This document shows, in pieces, positions 1 to 12,850 of a DNA stretch of 64,000 bases. The notes beneath the pieces are model-generated. The model was not told the DNA's origin and ran no database searches. It saw only the letters and a program-made list of their open reading frames with translations. The position numbers were made by a program, and so were the translations under genes. Source of the DNA: Camelus ferus. Taxonomy: Eukaryota. Each line of letters starts with the position of its first letter. The stretch's first letter is position 1. The DNA lies in assembly GCF_009834535.1 (NCBI RefSeq), contig NC_045696.1, positions 9,116,001 to 9,180,000 of the forward strand, given 5' to 3'.

Positions 1-1402
1 TCCATCAGCAGGATGAAATCCTCAGGTGCAGAAGCAACAGGCTGGATTGGAGGTGGGGTGAGGTCAGGTTAAGGCTGCATTTCCAGTAATCCTTGGTCCA
101 TTTGGGAAAATTCAATGGTTCATTCTACCATGGACAGGGTGACAAGAACAGGGTCAAAACTCCTGGTTGCTGCTCTCACTTGGCTGGTGACACACCCTTA
201 GCTGCGCCCTGTATTCACCTTGCTGTTCTCTCTGCAGCACGAGGAGAGGGCAGATTTCATTCAGGGTCCTCTGGGATTTGCTGTGATGCTAAGTCTGCAA
301 CTCAAACACTGTAGCAAGAGTTCCCACTGCAAAGCCATGGAGGGCTTCATTATTCCACGTACAAGGACTATCCTAGTTACGGTTTTGGGGCCTCTTATTC
401 TCTAGAGTCATTTGCTACAACAAACTTCGGATGCAGCCAGAGATGCTCCACCTTCTGTAGAGTGTCACCATCATGGGTGGGTCTGGTGTCACATCAGTCC
501 CTTGGCCTGAGTTTCTACAAGCAGACAATGGCTGGCAGGGCCAGGATGAACAACATCACAGCTTTGTATTTTTAAGTTGTTCTTTCTTGAGTTCTACCGG
601 TTACTGAAGGCAGCTACCATAGCTTTCTCACATCTTCATTTTCTCAATAGCCGAGGGTAATGAAAAAGGTTTTCCACTTTAAAGAAATCTTACATGCGTG
701 GGATTAATGAGCATAAATGGGTTATTTTGAAAATATGCTGAATAAATAGATGCAACAAAGTTGGAAGGTCCATACCTGTGCTCTACCAAAAGCGTATCTA
801 AAAGAAAAATTCTAAAGAGTATTTGTTCTACTTTCACTGACTTTACTTCATGAGTGTTTCAGAGATACTGTTCCATTGGCTGGGAAGGCAGCCCTCACTG
901 TAGACACACCGGCCCTTTTCAGTCTGAGGGTAGGAAGTGTTTATTTCTCATCTCGAGGAGGCAGCAGGCTCCTCCTTCTAAGGATAGCAGCCACCCCCTG
1001 AGAATGGACAAAGAGGGGCCATGATGATGCGTAAGACCCTCCGGCTGAAGCTGTGCCTTTGTGCTGGTCTTCTGGAAATTTCATGGATTCATGGGGTCAG
1101 TGAGGTAATTCAGAAGGCTCCCAGAATCGATTTAAAATAAGACATCGATGAGTCATCTCTTTTTACAGACAGCTTTTCTCCTTCTTGTTCACTCATCATC
1201 ATCAAAGTGAAAATCATGAGTTAAGTATGTGAAGTAAGTAAATTTGTTTGGCGTGTAGTTGTGTCTACACATACTAAGTTTCCCACTCGTGGGAGTCTCC
1301 CATTACTGTTCCTCTCTTTTACTCACTCGCCTGCACACCCGTTATTTTCCGACCAGCTGTCTGCTTGCTCCCTTGATATCGAGATATGCTCTCACCCAGC
1401 CA

Positions 1403-1539
1403 AAGTCAAGTCCTTGGCATCCCACGTACAGTCATAACTGCATCTCCACTCGCTCAGGTCCTTTGCCATGGAAGATTAAGATGGATTAAGATAGCCTGAT
1501 GACTTTTTCAGACTGGGAAGTGATTTCAAATATATTGGG
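1403..1539 (+). repeat. 137-bp unique segment, donor copy of a local dispersed duplication
   Basis: Aligns without gaps to 1958-2094 with 8 mismatches in 137 bp (counted by eye). Confidence 0.95.
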
Positions 1540-1807
1540 ATTCAGGGGAGCAGTACATTGGAAAGGGAGTTGATGATTGGAAAACAGCCCAACGTGAACA
1601 TGACTTTCAAAATAGGAGGAAATATTTGAACTCACCACTTCTTTGGCTGTTTAATGAAGCTGTGTTGTTCTTTCACCAACGTGTTTCACTATAATGCTGA
1701 GTTCTGTTAAGGAGAACATGAGGCAAAAATCCCATTTGTAGTCACTTGGTCTTGTTTCTCTACAAAAACAATAGACTCAAATGTATTTGTTGTTCTTGTA
1801 TGTTTTA

Positions 1808-2313
1808 CATTCATTCCTGCACTCAACAAATATCTATCTTTAGTGCCCACTATGTGCCTGACATGTTCTAGGTGCTGGGAATATAGCAATGAACAAATAG
1901 GCAAAAATCCCTGACCTCAGAAAATTTATATTCAGACAGGGAAGTCAAAAAATAAATAAGTCAAGTCCTTGGCATCTCAAATATAGTCATAACTGGATCT
2001 CCACTCGCTCAGGTCTTTTGCCATGGAAGATTAAGATGGATTAAGATAGCCTGATGACTTTTCCAGACTGGGAAGTGATTTCAAATATATCGGGTAATAA
2101 ATAAGTAAAATACATTAAGAGCAATGAAGAAAACCAAGGCAAATAAGAGGCAGTTGGGAGTACAAGGGTGGTGAGGGAAGGCTATGATAAGAAAATGACA
2201 AGTGACATGTGACCAAGGCGGTGACTTTCTCACCTGAAGGAGACAAGACAGGGAGCCTAGCAGACATCCAGTGCCACAGCATGTCAGGCAGAGGGAACAG
2301 CAAGCGAGAAAGC
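1808..2313 (-). mobile_element. L2 LINE 3' fragment, interrupted by the duplicated segment
   Basis: cattcattc...caacaaatat...gtgcccactatgtgcctgacatgttctaggtgctggg is the reverse complement of the L2 3' tail; L2-like sequence resumes after about 2096. Confidence 0.8.
1958..2094 (+). repeat. 137-bp inserted copy of 1403-1539
   Basis: About 94% identical direct copy, flanked by AATAAATAAGT at 1951-1961 and 2096-2106. Confidence 0.95.
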
Positions 2314-2317
2314 CAAT

Positions 2318-3020
2318 TCGGATTTTAGGATGGGTTTTCTATTTCTATAAAAAAAAACACCAGTGGGATTTTGATAGGGACTGTGTTGAATTTCTAGATT
2401 ACCTTGGGCGATATCATCACTTTAACATTATTAAGTCTTCTAGCCCATAAACATGGAATGTCTTTCCATTTATCTAGATCTCCCTTAACTTCTTTGATTA
2501 ATGTTTTGTAGTTTTCAGTATACAAGTCTTTTGCCTCCTTGGTTAAATTTATTCCTAAGTATTTTGTTCTTTTTGATGTTGTTGTAAATGAAATTGATTT
2601 TTAATTTCCTTTTTGGATTGTTCATTGCAAGGATGTAAAAATACAACTATCTCATGCATTGATTTTCTATCCTGCAACTTTACTGAAACCCGTTATTAAG
2701 TTTAACGGGTTTCTTTGTGGATTCTTTAGGGCTTTCTACATATAAGATCATGTCTTCTATGAACAGAGGTAATTTTATGTCTTCCTTTCCAATTTGGGTG
2801 ACTGTATTTCTTTTTCTTGCCTAATTGCTCTGGCTAGAATTTCCAGTACTGTGTTATATCGAAATGGCAAAAGTAGACTTCCTTTTCTTGCTCCTGATTA
2901 TAGGGGAAAGCTTTCAGTTTTTCCACCATTGAGTATGATATTAGCTGTGGCTTTCTCACATATGATCTTTATCATGTTGAAGAAGTTCCCTTCTTTCTAT
3001 TCCTAGTTTACAGAGTGTTT
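2318..3020 (-). mobile_element. L1 ORF2-region fragment (old L1M type)
   Basis: Typical antisense L1 ORF2 text (gggattttgatagggactgtgttgaat, ttggttaaatttattcctaagtatttt, tttttcttgcctaattgctctggctagaa); no intact frame. Confidence 0.9.
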
Positions 3021-3022
3021 GC

Positions 3023-3258
3023 AGATGGTGAAGCAATTTTGGTGGTAAGTGATGGTGGGCACACAACAACCATTGTGAATATAATTTATGCCACCACTGA
3101 ATCATATGTTTAAGAATGGTTAAAATGGGAAATTGAATATTCTATATATTTTACTACTTAAAAAAATTAGTAATGCAATGTACCAGAAAACATTGAATTT
3201 TACACTTTATGTAGGTAAATTGTACGTGAATTGTATCTCAATAAAGCTGTTTAAAAAT
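3023..3258 (+). mobile_element. L1MB-type 3' end with polyA signal
   Basis: gatggtgggcacacaac...ccactgaa...aatggttaaaatgg...aattgtatctcaataaagctgtt resembles L1MB 3' UTR ends. Confidence 0.8.
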
Positions 3259-6200
3259 TTTTAAGTCAACAAAAGAATATTGCAAACAGAGGCAAGTAAC
3301 TTGTGGGAACAATAAAGTAAAGTGGCTGTTTTAAAGGTTAAAAGCAAGACTGATGGCAGGTTAGATGGAGGAGATAAGCAAGAGGAAAAGAGGCATGAAA
3401 GAATCAAATGTTCTTTCCTGTAAGCAGTCTGGAAACGGTGCTAGCCATGGAGGCAGGGAGGACTCTGGGAGGAACAGATTTGGAAGGAAAAACCAAGACT
3501 TTAGACTTAGGCAAACTGGAGGCCGCCTTTTGCTTTCTGCTACCTCATCTCCAGCTCTTCTTGGCACTGGGAGAGGTGGCCCGGAAGCACCCTGATAACT
3601 AAATGTGTCCTGGATGTGCAAGGCTGTCATTAAGAGTCACCCCAATATCCAGCTCCCCCAGAACAGAACTCAAGTCAGGGGGCCACTCCAGAAGACAGAG
3701 ATGTGAGAGGCAGTTGAGAGAGATAACAAAGAATTCCCAAATATTGAGGGTAGTTATTGCTAATTATACAAGCGCAAAGAGCAAGGGAGCGTGCGCGAAA
3801 TAACTCTCTTTGCGCCCTCACAGGAACTTACACACAGTAGGTATATGGCGAATGTTTACTGGTTGGTTGTTAAACATTAGTTTCCAATGAAAATCATGGG
3901 ATCATCTTTCCTTATAGATTTAAAAAAAATCAGTTGAGTTTCCTCTTTTGCAATTCATTCCGGTTCTACCCTGAGGTCCAGCTCTGCTAGGTATCTTTCA
4001 GCCTAATGCTTCGAGATGTTTCGGTATCTTATATTTCAAGTTCTAATTCTGGAAATCATTTGCCTTCCTTTGGATTTCAATCCATGAATTGTTTGTATAA
4101 GAGTCAAATATCATTAAGGGTGGCTCTGACATCTTCAGGGAAAAGCTTATTTCATTTCACCCGACAGAGAGGAAGCTCCACCTGGAAAAAGGAGGCTGAA
4201 ATAGAACAAAGCCATTTGGAAATTTTCACTTAGTTTAGTCTAGTAGGTTCCTCTTTCTACTGAATGATGTCAGTGGTGAGTTCCCAAGAAAACTGAGTCT
4301 TGCAAGATGGTCGCATCTTTAAAAGGAGAACGATCAGGATCGGCATGGCCTTATGCTTCTTGGGAGAAAAGACCCAGGAGGGAAGAAGAGCCAGAACTAC
4401 TCATTTCCACGTACTTCCCATGGGGTGAAGGCCTAACCACGTGTAGCCACCAAACCCAGAACTGAAGCAGCCGACCCCTTTCATCTAAGTCCCCACATGT
4501 TGAATTGTGTGTGTTTTTAATACGACACTCTCTTCCAGGGAGTTTGGAACACACGTGTTCCTTTTAACTTCCACCAGGCTCTGAGATCTGCCAGCCAGAA
4601 AAGCCATTCTGGAAGGAGTTTGGAAAGGTTGGGAGGAAGCTGTTTTTGCAACAGCCCGAGACTCAGGAAGCCCAGGTCTCCCCGGTCAGCCCCTCACCAC
4701 TCACATTCACAGGGCAGAGCTCAAAGGCCTCGCTGTATCTTGGTTTTGTTGCCCATAAAACACAGATAGTAACACTTGCAAAACAGACACTAAATGGAAT
4801 GCATTTGTGATCTTTGGCGAAAAGGCAGCCTGTTAACATATGCTGACAGTGTGTTATTCTGGGGCAGGCCTGGAGCCACAGCCCCACGTTGCCACCAGAG
4901 TCGTTTCTGGAAACTGTGCCAAGAGCAGCCTGAGCACTCCAGCCTCCGAGCTCCATCTCAGGGTCCAGCTGGCAGGAGATTAAGGGCCGCTCGGCCCAGC
5001 TGTTTGTGCCCTGCTCACCCACAGGCCTGAATTCAAGGCCCCCAATGCTGTGACAGCCACCTGCAAGTCACCGATTCAAACTAATAGACCTACTTACCAC
5101 CATATCCTTGCCTCAGGTCAAGTCTATTAAATTCCCCATTTGTGGGGCAGAGCAGTAAAGGCTGGCTCCTTCAAAGAGAAGGATTGTGCTTTGGAACAGA
5201 TTCCTTGATTGTGCTTCACGGTGGATATTTGGTGGGATAAGAAGGTTTGTGGTTCATTTGGGAAGAAAGATGTTGACAAGATAAGATGAGGCTTGGACCC
5301 ACGAGGGTCTGGCTCCCTCCTCGCTCTGCAAAGTTGAGGTTCATGGTGCCCAAAGCCAGAGCAAGATCCTCTGGGGAGGGAGACAGAGGGGGGAGGGGGG
5401 AGGAGGGACGGAGCAAATGTTGTCAGGAACTGCCACCGTTATCTCTGCCAGTCACACAGCGGCCTCTGGACATTGTGTGGTCCTCCCAAGGAAGCCACAA
5501 AGGACGTTCTCAGGGAAACCAGGCTGATCTCCGTGGCCCCCACTCAAGTCTCCTTTCCCTGAGCCCCTTTTTTCTCCTCCCCATCCCCTCTCCCAGCCCA
5601 TCTTGCTTCCCTAAATATTTTTTAGAGAGGAAATCAGGGCGGCAGAGATATTCATTTTAAGGGACTTAACCCTTTCCTGATGGGCTCAAAGTTTCAAAGA
5701 GAAACATAGAAGGAGGGGCAGCGCTCACCCCAAAGCATAAATCTCTAGTGCCAGATGTTCAGATACTGTCACCGGGGCCAGGCAGGGCGGGTGGAGAGGG
5801 AAAGAAGGGGGAGACAAAGATGCCACTGGGCAGGTGACCGCTCACTCGCTCACTCTGCCCAAGTATGAGGCTGGCCCTGCCCCCTCCACCCTCGTTTCAG
5901 AATCCCCTTTGCACGTGCACCCCAAACACACCTAGAAGACCACAATGATGATAGTACAACAGCATCCCGGATGAAAGGGAAGGGCCAAATGATGGTTTCA
6001 GACTCTAAAAAACCATCTTAGAAAGCCCAGAGGAAAATACTGGGCCTGGCTGGCTGCCCCACCCCATCTGCACTGAGCCCCCGAGGCAAGAGGAAATTGA
6101 TTTGAATATCAGCATGAGGAGTTTAAGATAGACAGAGGGAAGAATCTCCAAACAGAAAGGCATTCCTGCTGGTTGCATAAGCCCTTCTCTTTGAAGGTCT

Positions 6201-8636
6201 GGAAGTTTTGATGGGTTCTATCATCGATGAAGCAGATGATGAGGAAGATCCCTTCCAGCGCCGAGACGACCTCACCATCTAATTTTAGCAATTCCTCTTG
6301 GCAGAGGATGGGACCCCCCTTCCCAGGGCTATCTGGTGTTCCACACACCATCTCCGACAGCTTCCTTTGATGTTGGCGGGGGTTCTGTGGACTCAAGGCC
6401 AGATACACTGCAGGAAGAGACACGCTCAAAGCCATTACGCTGCCCTATCTCACTGCAGCAATACACGACTGCTGGCTTTTTTGTTTTTTATTTTAAATTG
6501 TGAAGTTGTGGCACTGGGTTTGAAAATAAATATGGGCTGTCAGGTTTGGGATCGATACTCAGAAACAATCATGTCAATTGTCACCCAATATCCTCTCTTT
6601 CTTTGCAGGGGAGGATGTTTAAACCATGACGTTATTTTGACTAATTTAAAGATTTCATTCATATTTTCAACTCATTATAAATGAATGCAATTTAAGCCCA
6701 TCACGTAATGACAGAAAGTGGCCAGAAGCCATGGGAATATGTTTCTCATTGTGGAAACTACAAGTTAGTCATTTTCTTCTCCCAAGTAAATGTCCTCGGT
6801 TGAGTTAAGGGAATTTTTTTTTTTTAAAGAAATCATAAGTTCCAAATTAGTTTTTTTGTCTCAACAGTTAACCCTATGGAAAATGTGGCAACGCTTCTGT
6901 AATTTTGCAAAATATTTTGATAGTATCTGTGCTCTATTGCTCAAGATCTAAAATCTTGTTTTTTTGTTCTTTTTTTTTTTTCTCTGTTTTTGTTTTTAAC
7001 CTACTGGCCTCATAATGTAAAGAAAGGCGCTAAGCTCAAGTGAAATCTGTAATGCAGAAACGCCTGTGTTTCTCGACAATTGACAGCAGCGCCTTCTGTA
7101 AAGAGAATCTTTGTGAAACGAACTTTTTTCCACCTAGAGTCTTAAGAGAGCGGAGATGGGTTATGAAGTCAAGTGGGGGAAGAGAGAAAGAGAGGAGGAG
7201 TTTGGTATTCTTTTTCAAGCTAAGTGTTATTTAAGTGCCAACATTGTTCCGAGAAGTCTGCTTTTAGGCCAAAGTTTCCGTCTTTGAGTTCCCTGAAGCA
7301 CCCAGATATTTCTAGATGTGTGTGATGGGCTAGCTTCATAGACTCATCTTTGGGGTCTGAGAAGGAGGAGCCAAGGGCCAGAGGCATGGGTGACAGGCAC
7401 TGGGGAGGGCACCTCCACCGCTCAGGCCCCTCCAGTAGGACCCTCCCCTCCCCAGCCTCTGACTGCAGGCCCCGGGCAGAGCCTCCCCTGGGTCTTCCTC
7501 CTGTCCACCTCCTCTCCTGCACCAGACCAGGGGCTTTTCTCACTTTCCCCACAGTTTAACTCCCTCCTCATCCCCTCTTCAGCAGAGTTGTTATATATGA
7601 GGTCCACGAGTGGGCTGAACGATGGAAGCGCAGATGGAGCCTGGTCCAGGACCAGACCCCAGGAACGCCATCATTCTCCACACGCAGTGGCGGGCTGTGG
7701 ATCTATCAGGTTTAAGGTGTTAAAAAAAACAGACCAGGAGCTTCAAATAATTCTCAATGTTCAAAATTCTAAAGAGCAAGTCTATGCCGAAGATGGGGCA
7801 GGGGTGGTCTAGAAGGTAGGAGTGACGGATAGAAGAAACCAAGTTCACCGAGACACAGCTACATGCGCATACCTACGCCTACATGCTGAGAGCAGGGCAG
7901 AGGCAGAACCGAGACCTTTAGTTCCCAAATGGCCTTTGCTATAAAGCACGTCCCATGTCAATACAAGACAATGAGTAAGTTAGAGCGTTTACACAGTTCA
8001 CTCTCAAATTATCTCCCAGAAAGTTACAGTCTTTATTCCAAAGACATCAAGCCTCCAAGAGAATTGTAATACTTTTTTTTTTTCCAATTAGGAAAAAAAG
8101 ATGATTTTCATGCATTACTCATCCTATCATTTTTAGTTTACCAAAACCAACGAGAAATTAGTTCCCAGGTCATTAAATTCCACCCTTTGTGGTCAGAGCT
8201 GAAAGTGTTGGACCATCTCTGCTGGGAAGGGTGGAGCTTGGTGTGTGGGGTTCACGGGGACATGCTGGCGGGCCCTCCCCGGCCCTGCTCGAGAGCCAGC
8301 CGCCTGCCCCTCGCCTCCCCCAGGCCACACGGCCCGCTTTGCGCCCTTTGTTGACTCCGGCTACCGGTCAGGTCTCCTCTGGGGCCCCCGTGCCAGGGGT
8401 GCCAGTGCTCAGCTGACTCACACTTTCCCGGACTTCCTGACACCCTGTTCACGGGCTTGTCTGGAGCTACAAGTCTCTCCGTCGCAATGATGTCGCAATT
8501 CCAGCCAGGAAACCAAGCTAACCGCCCCAGAATTTGGCTGAGTTCTCTGAGGGTGGATGAGAACAGAGGTTCCCAGTCAATATTTAGGCTGGAAGTGAAT
8601 ACCAATTTTTTTTTTCTTCCATTCTCCCCCGTCCAC

Positions 8637-8752
8637 TTTTATTGAGACGTAATTGACGGACTGTGTAAGTCTGAGGTGTACAGCATCATGATTTTCGCAT
8701 ATTGTGAAATGGTTCCCACAATAAGAGTAGTTAACATCCATCATCTCCTATA
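8637..8752 (-). mobile_element. L1 3' terminal fragment
   Basis: ttttattgagacgtaattgac...aggtgtacagcatcatgattt...attgtgaaatg...gttaacatccatc matches antisense L1MA/MB tails. Confidence 0.7.
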
Positions 8753-8984
8753 GATACAAAAACTGCCAATGCCGATTTTTTTAGGTCAACCTATATCTAT
8801 TGAGCAATTTCTCAACAAGTAAAAAAAAGTCATTGTGTATGGGAATGGGTTTAAAACCCAAAAGCTTTCATTACATCCTCACCAATGGAAAAAGAAAATG
8901 GATCATTTCATTTAGATAGTTGACATCTTGGGTAATTATCTTATCCTTCCTCTAAGTTTATAAAAATTTCTTCAAGGATTATTT

Positions 8985-9110
8985 TTTGTTTCTTAAATTG
9001 AAGTAGAGTTGATTTACAATATGGTACTACTTTCAGGTGTACAATATAGTGATTCAGTATTTCGGTAGATTACACTCCACTTAAAGTTATTATGAAATAT
9101 TGGCTGTATT
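8985..9110 (-). mobile_element. L1 3' terminal fragment (laurasiatherian type)
   Basis: ttgaagtagagttgatttacaat...tttcaggtgtacaatatagtgattcag is the same tail seen at about 34200 and 31560. Confidence 0.8.
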
Positions 9111-9477
9111 TTTAATTGTTTAAGAAAAATTTGAATGTCAGTGGTTAAGAAAACCTGATTGCTCCTGATTTCTGGGGAACCATTAAGTGATCCAATGATG
9201 GTCAAAAGGAACTCCATATTTCTTCAGTTAGAATCACAGCCTTTCTTTTGGGGAGCTGTGGGGGAGCTCTCTTCTGCTGCTGAAAGGGCTCTCGAGACAG
9301 GCTAACAGCCACCTGAGAGGAAATATGACTTTCCCCAAACTCACTTGCCTGATTTCAAAGTACATGAGAAAATCAACTTTTGGGAAAATTGGTGAGTGGG
9401 GAATTTCAACGAGTGATATGGAAGAAATTAGACCATTGCGTTTATTCCAGGTTTTTCCCCTCCAGCATTCCTCAGTC

Positions 9478-9480
<3 letters not shown>

Positions 9481-9517
<37 letters not shown>
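9481..9517. repeat. (TG)18 microsatellite
   Basis: Perfect dinucleotide run. Confidence 0.98.
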
Positions 9518-9518
<1 letters not shown>

Positions 9519-10414
9519 TAGGAAGAGGCAAACAGGGCAGTGTTTTCCTCCAACCCCGCCTTGGCGCATATGAATGGTGTTTGACCTGGGAAGGCAAATC
9601 AAGTGGAAAGTCACTGAGGAGCACAGGAGCCCGGGAGCAGTTTTGTTTGCCCCTGGAATTGCTCCTCTCTTCAAAATAGTTTTGTTTTAAAATAATGGTT
9701 TCTATTAGCCCATCACTGATACCACCTTGTATTTCCTCTTATTCTTATTCAGTAGTTAAGTGACTTGCATCTAAAATTATCCTTGTTCATGTTCATTATC
9801 AAGTTCATTAGATTCGGAAAGTTTGCCTTTTGTTCTTCCTGGAAGGTTTAAAAGCTCCTGACATTGTCTCTATGTGTCTTTCTCAAAGCGGCCACCTGAG
9901 AGGTACCCCCAGGGGGGCAGCGTCTGCAGACAGGAGGCTTGTCCAGTGCCAGGCATCTCTGGCAGTTCTCCCCAAAGGCCCCCCATACTCTCTTCCTGGC
10001 AGGCAAGAGAGTGGCCCTTTCGGGGAACTGCCGGCCTTGCTGCCAGCTCGCCCTGGGGAACCAGCCCGGGGGACGCAGTCCCTCCTGCCAGGTCTGGGCA
10101 GGCTGCCTGCCTAGTCATCCCTTTTATTGCTGGCCCCGCAATGGAGAAGCGAGGCTTGGACGGGCCCCTCTGGCCGCACTCTGGGCTGGCCTGCGTAAGT
10201 CTTAGCGGGCCAGCCCGAGGACTGTCTGAGTCTGAGCTAGCAGGGTCCTGCCTGGACCACCATGCAAGCGTTTGTGTGAATGTGTGATGGTTAACACAGG
10301 CAAAGAAACCACCATTTGGGTTTTTTGTTTGTTTGTTTTCATTTATAACGTTTAATTTTGTGAGAGAGAGGAATTTTTCTTCGTATTCCTTGTTACTCAC
10401 TAAAATCATCACTT

Positions 10415-10535
10415 ATGTGTTTATTATTTGATTCATAGCCTGTCTCCCCAAGAATGTGAATTTATTGGGCACAGAGACATGGTCAGTTTCACTGTCTGTT
10501 GCCTCCCCAGTGCCTACATCAGTGCCTGGCTCGTG
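10415..10535 (+). mobile_element. L2 3' fragment
   Basis: tgtctccccaagaatgtgaa...gtttcactg...ccccagtgcctacatcagtgcctggc resembles the L2 3' end. Confidence 0.6.
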
Positions 10536-10824
10536 TTCATTATGGGCCCTATTTTGTTTTTTTTTTTTTTTAAAAAGAGAAAGATGGAAGCCCCAGGTGG
10601 CTGCCTCCAGCCTTCCCACAGTCCAGTGGCCAGGAATGTGCCCCGGCTCCTGCCTTGTGCTGCAGCCTGTGCAAAGAACAGGCCCAGTGTGTGAGCAGTC
10701 CGGGAACCCCATCCACAGGCAGAACACTCCAGGAACACAGCCCCACTGGCCCTCTCCCCTAGTCCCGGGAAAGGGCGGGGATGCCCCAGCCACCAGAGAA
10801 ACCTCTCCCTTCTCTTTCTGAGAG

Positions 10825-11260
10825 GTACTTTATTATTTTTCGGTGTCTGCCATAACAAATGGCCATAGATCAGATGGCTGAAAACAACAGAAGTTTTTCT
10901 CTGAGTTCCAGATGCCAAAAGTCTGAACGTAGGGCAGGGCCACCCTCCCTCTGAAGACTTCAGGGGAGATTTCTTCTTGGCTTCCTTCTATCTTCTGTTG
11001 GTTGCCAGTCACTGGCGTTCCCTGGCTTCTGGCTCCACCGCTTTGATCTCTGTCTCCACCATCGTGGTCTTCCTTCTTCCCTCTGTGTGATTCTGTTTTC
11101 TCTTCTTATAAGCATACCAGTCATTGGATTTAGAGTCCACTTTAAGGCAATACATCCTCACCTTAACTAGTTACTTCCGGAAAGAACCTATGTCCAAAGA
11201 AGGTTGTGCTCTGAGGCTCTGAGTGGGCAGGAATTTGAGGGGACACTACTCAATCCATTT
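10825..11260 (-). mobile_element. MaLR solo LTR (MLT1B/C-like)
   Basis: ctgccataacaaat...aaaacaacagaa...tctcttcttataag...cagtcattggattta...gaatttgaggggacactactcaatcc is an antisense MLT1 LTR. Confidence 0.85.
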
Positions 11261-12850
11261 CAGGCCCTACGGGCAGCCGGGACTTGCCATCCCCTTTCCA
11301 TCCCCTTCCCTGGGGGCTGCGCTACCCTGGCTCATCTGGGCTCATGCCAGAAAGGAACAGCTCGTGGGAAGGCGGTGCAGAAGGGGGCTACTCTCCTGAT
11401 GCCCTGGAAAAGGAAGCAACACCGGTCTCTCTCTCTCTCCCTCTCTCTCCTTCTCTGTCTCTCTCTCTCCACTGTGTTTCCTGCTGACTGTGTCACAAAT
11501 GCACTTGCCGATGCAACGAGAGAAGGACCAGTCCTGACTCACCGGGACTGCTAGAGCTGGGCTTCTGTGATGTTCCTCAGCCCCTGTCTTAGCCAGCACC
11601 TGAAGTGGTGCAGGTAAATAGTGCGTCCAGGGCATCCTGGGCCCAGCCTGAGTGGGTGCCCATTCTTACTTGTCTGTATTGAGAGGGTGCTTGGAAATTT
11701 ACAGAAGGAATTCACACGCCATGTTCCTTCTGAGCTCCACACAATCCTGCAAGGTGATACTGGGTAGCCAGGAATTGCTTTATCTGGAAATAAGAGATCG
11801 ATTCTGAGTCTCTGTTACTGGCTCAGAGCCACCTGTGCACCTGGGTGGTGTTTGGGGGGTGCTGTTCCTCTGCCTGGCTCTCCTGGCATCACCCAGGACT
11901 CCTCCCCGCTGGAGCGAGCCTCCCCGGGAAGGCAGCATCCTCCACGCCCTTCAAGAAATCTTGTCCTTTTCTTTTCTCTCCCTGAGTACCCTCTGGTTCC
12001 CGATTCCTGTTTCTGCAGGGCTGTAACCATTTTTCATCCCTGTATTCCTCAGCACTTGGTGCGCTCCTAGCCAGAATGAGATACTTTTTTTTTTTTTTTT
12101 TGGTTTTATGAGGATTTCTTTTTCGTGATGTCAGACTTCAAAGGAAGCCTCCCCCCATAAAGATCACGACCAGACTTACATTTGTGACTCTTTCTTATTC
12201 CTCTGGGGAAAGGACGGTGGTGGTGCTAACACCTCTCATGTCCCCTTAACGTGGACCCTCTTTTAAGTGATTTCACAAAGCCCCCTCACTTTCTCTTTCG
12301 GGTCCAAAAATCGTATGTCAGAACTCAACAGCTGCTTTTCCAGCCAAGAAGCTGAGCTCCCGGTGACTTCATTCGTCACCGCCGCCTCGAGCCCCCTAAT
12401 CTCCGAGCTCCTTGCCTCATGTCAGCACTCAGCTCCCCTCCCGCGTCTGGCTTTCCTCAGTCACTTGCTAAATGCCCCTGTTCTCGCTAAGTCACCCAAA
12501 CCCCGGCCACAAGGCAGGCGAAGCGAGATTTAATTGAATCTTTTGGCCATGATTCATAGAACAAAGCCTGCCTGGCCTGACCTGGAAACCACACGGTGGG
12601 GAGTTTAGAAACTATCAGTGTAGTTAAAACAGTGCTCCTGCTTCAGCCATCGGCTGGAGTTCAAAGGACCAGAGATGTCAATCAGAACGTTGTCATGACA
12701 AGGGCCGTCCAAAGACATACACATACCTGGGCATGAAGCCTTCTGGGGTCAGGTGTCCCTAGACTCCCAGTCATGTTAGTTACATGGGGACTGGCTCCAG
12801 GGAGGAGTTTCCAAAGGGGCAGTGACAAGGAAGCAATCAGGGCTAGGGGA

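Noticed and set aside
6109..6435. 108-aa minus-strand ORF with an acceptor-like site near 6410
   Set aside because: Peptide not recognised, other frames closed, and the strand is opposite to the inferred host.
9870..10412. Overlapping 90-180 aa ORFs on both strands
   Set aside because: GC-rich sequence with few stops; no homology recognised and no exon structure.
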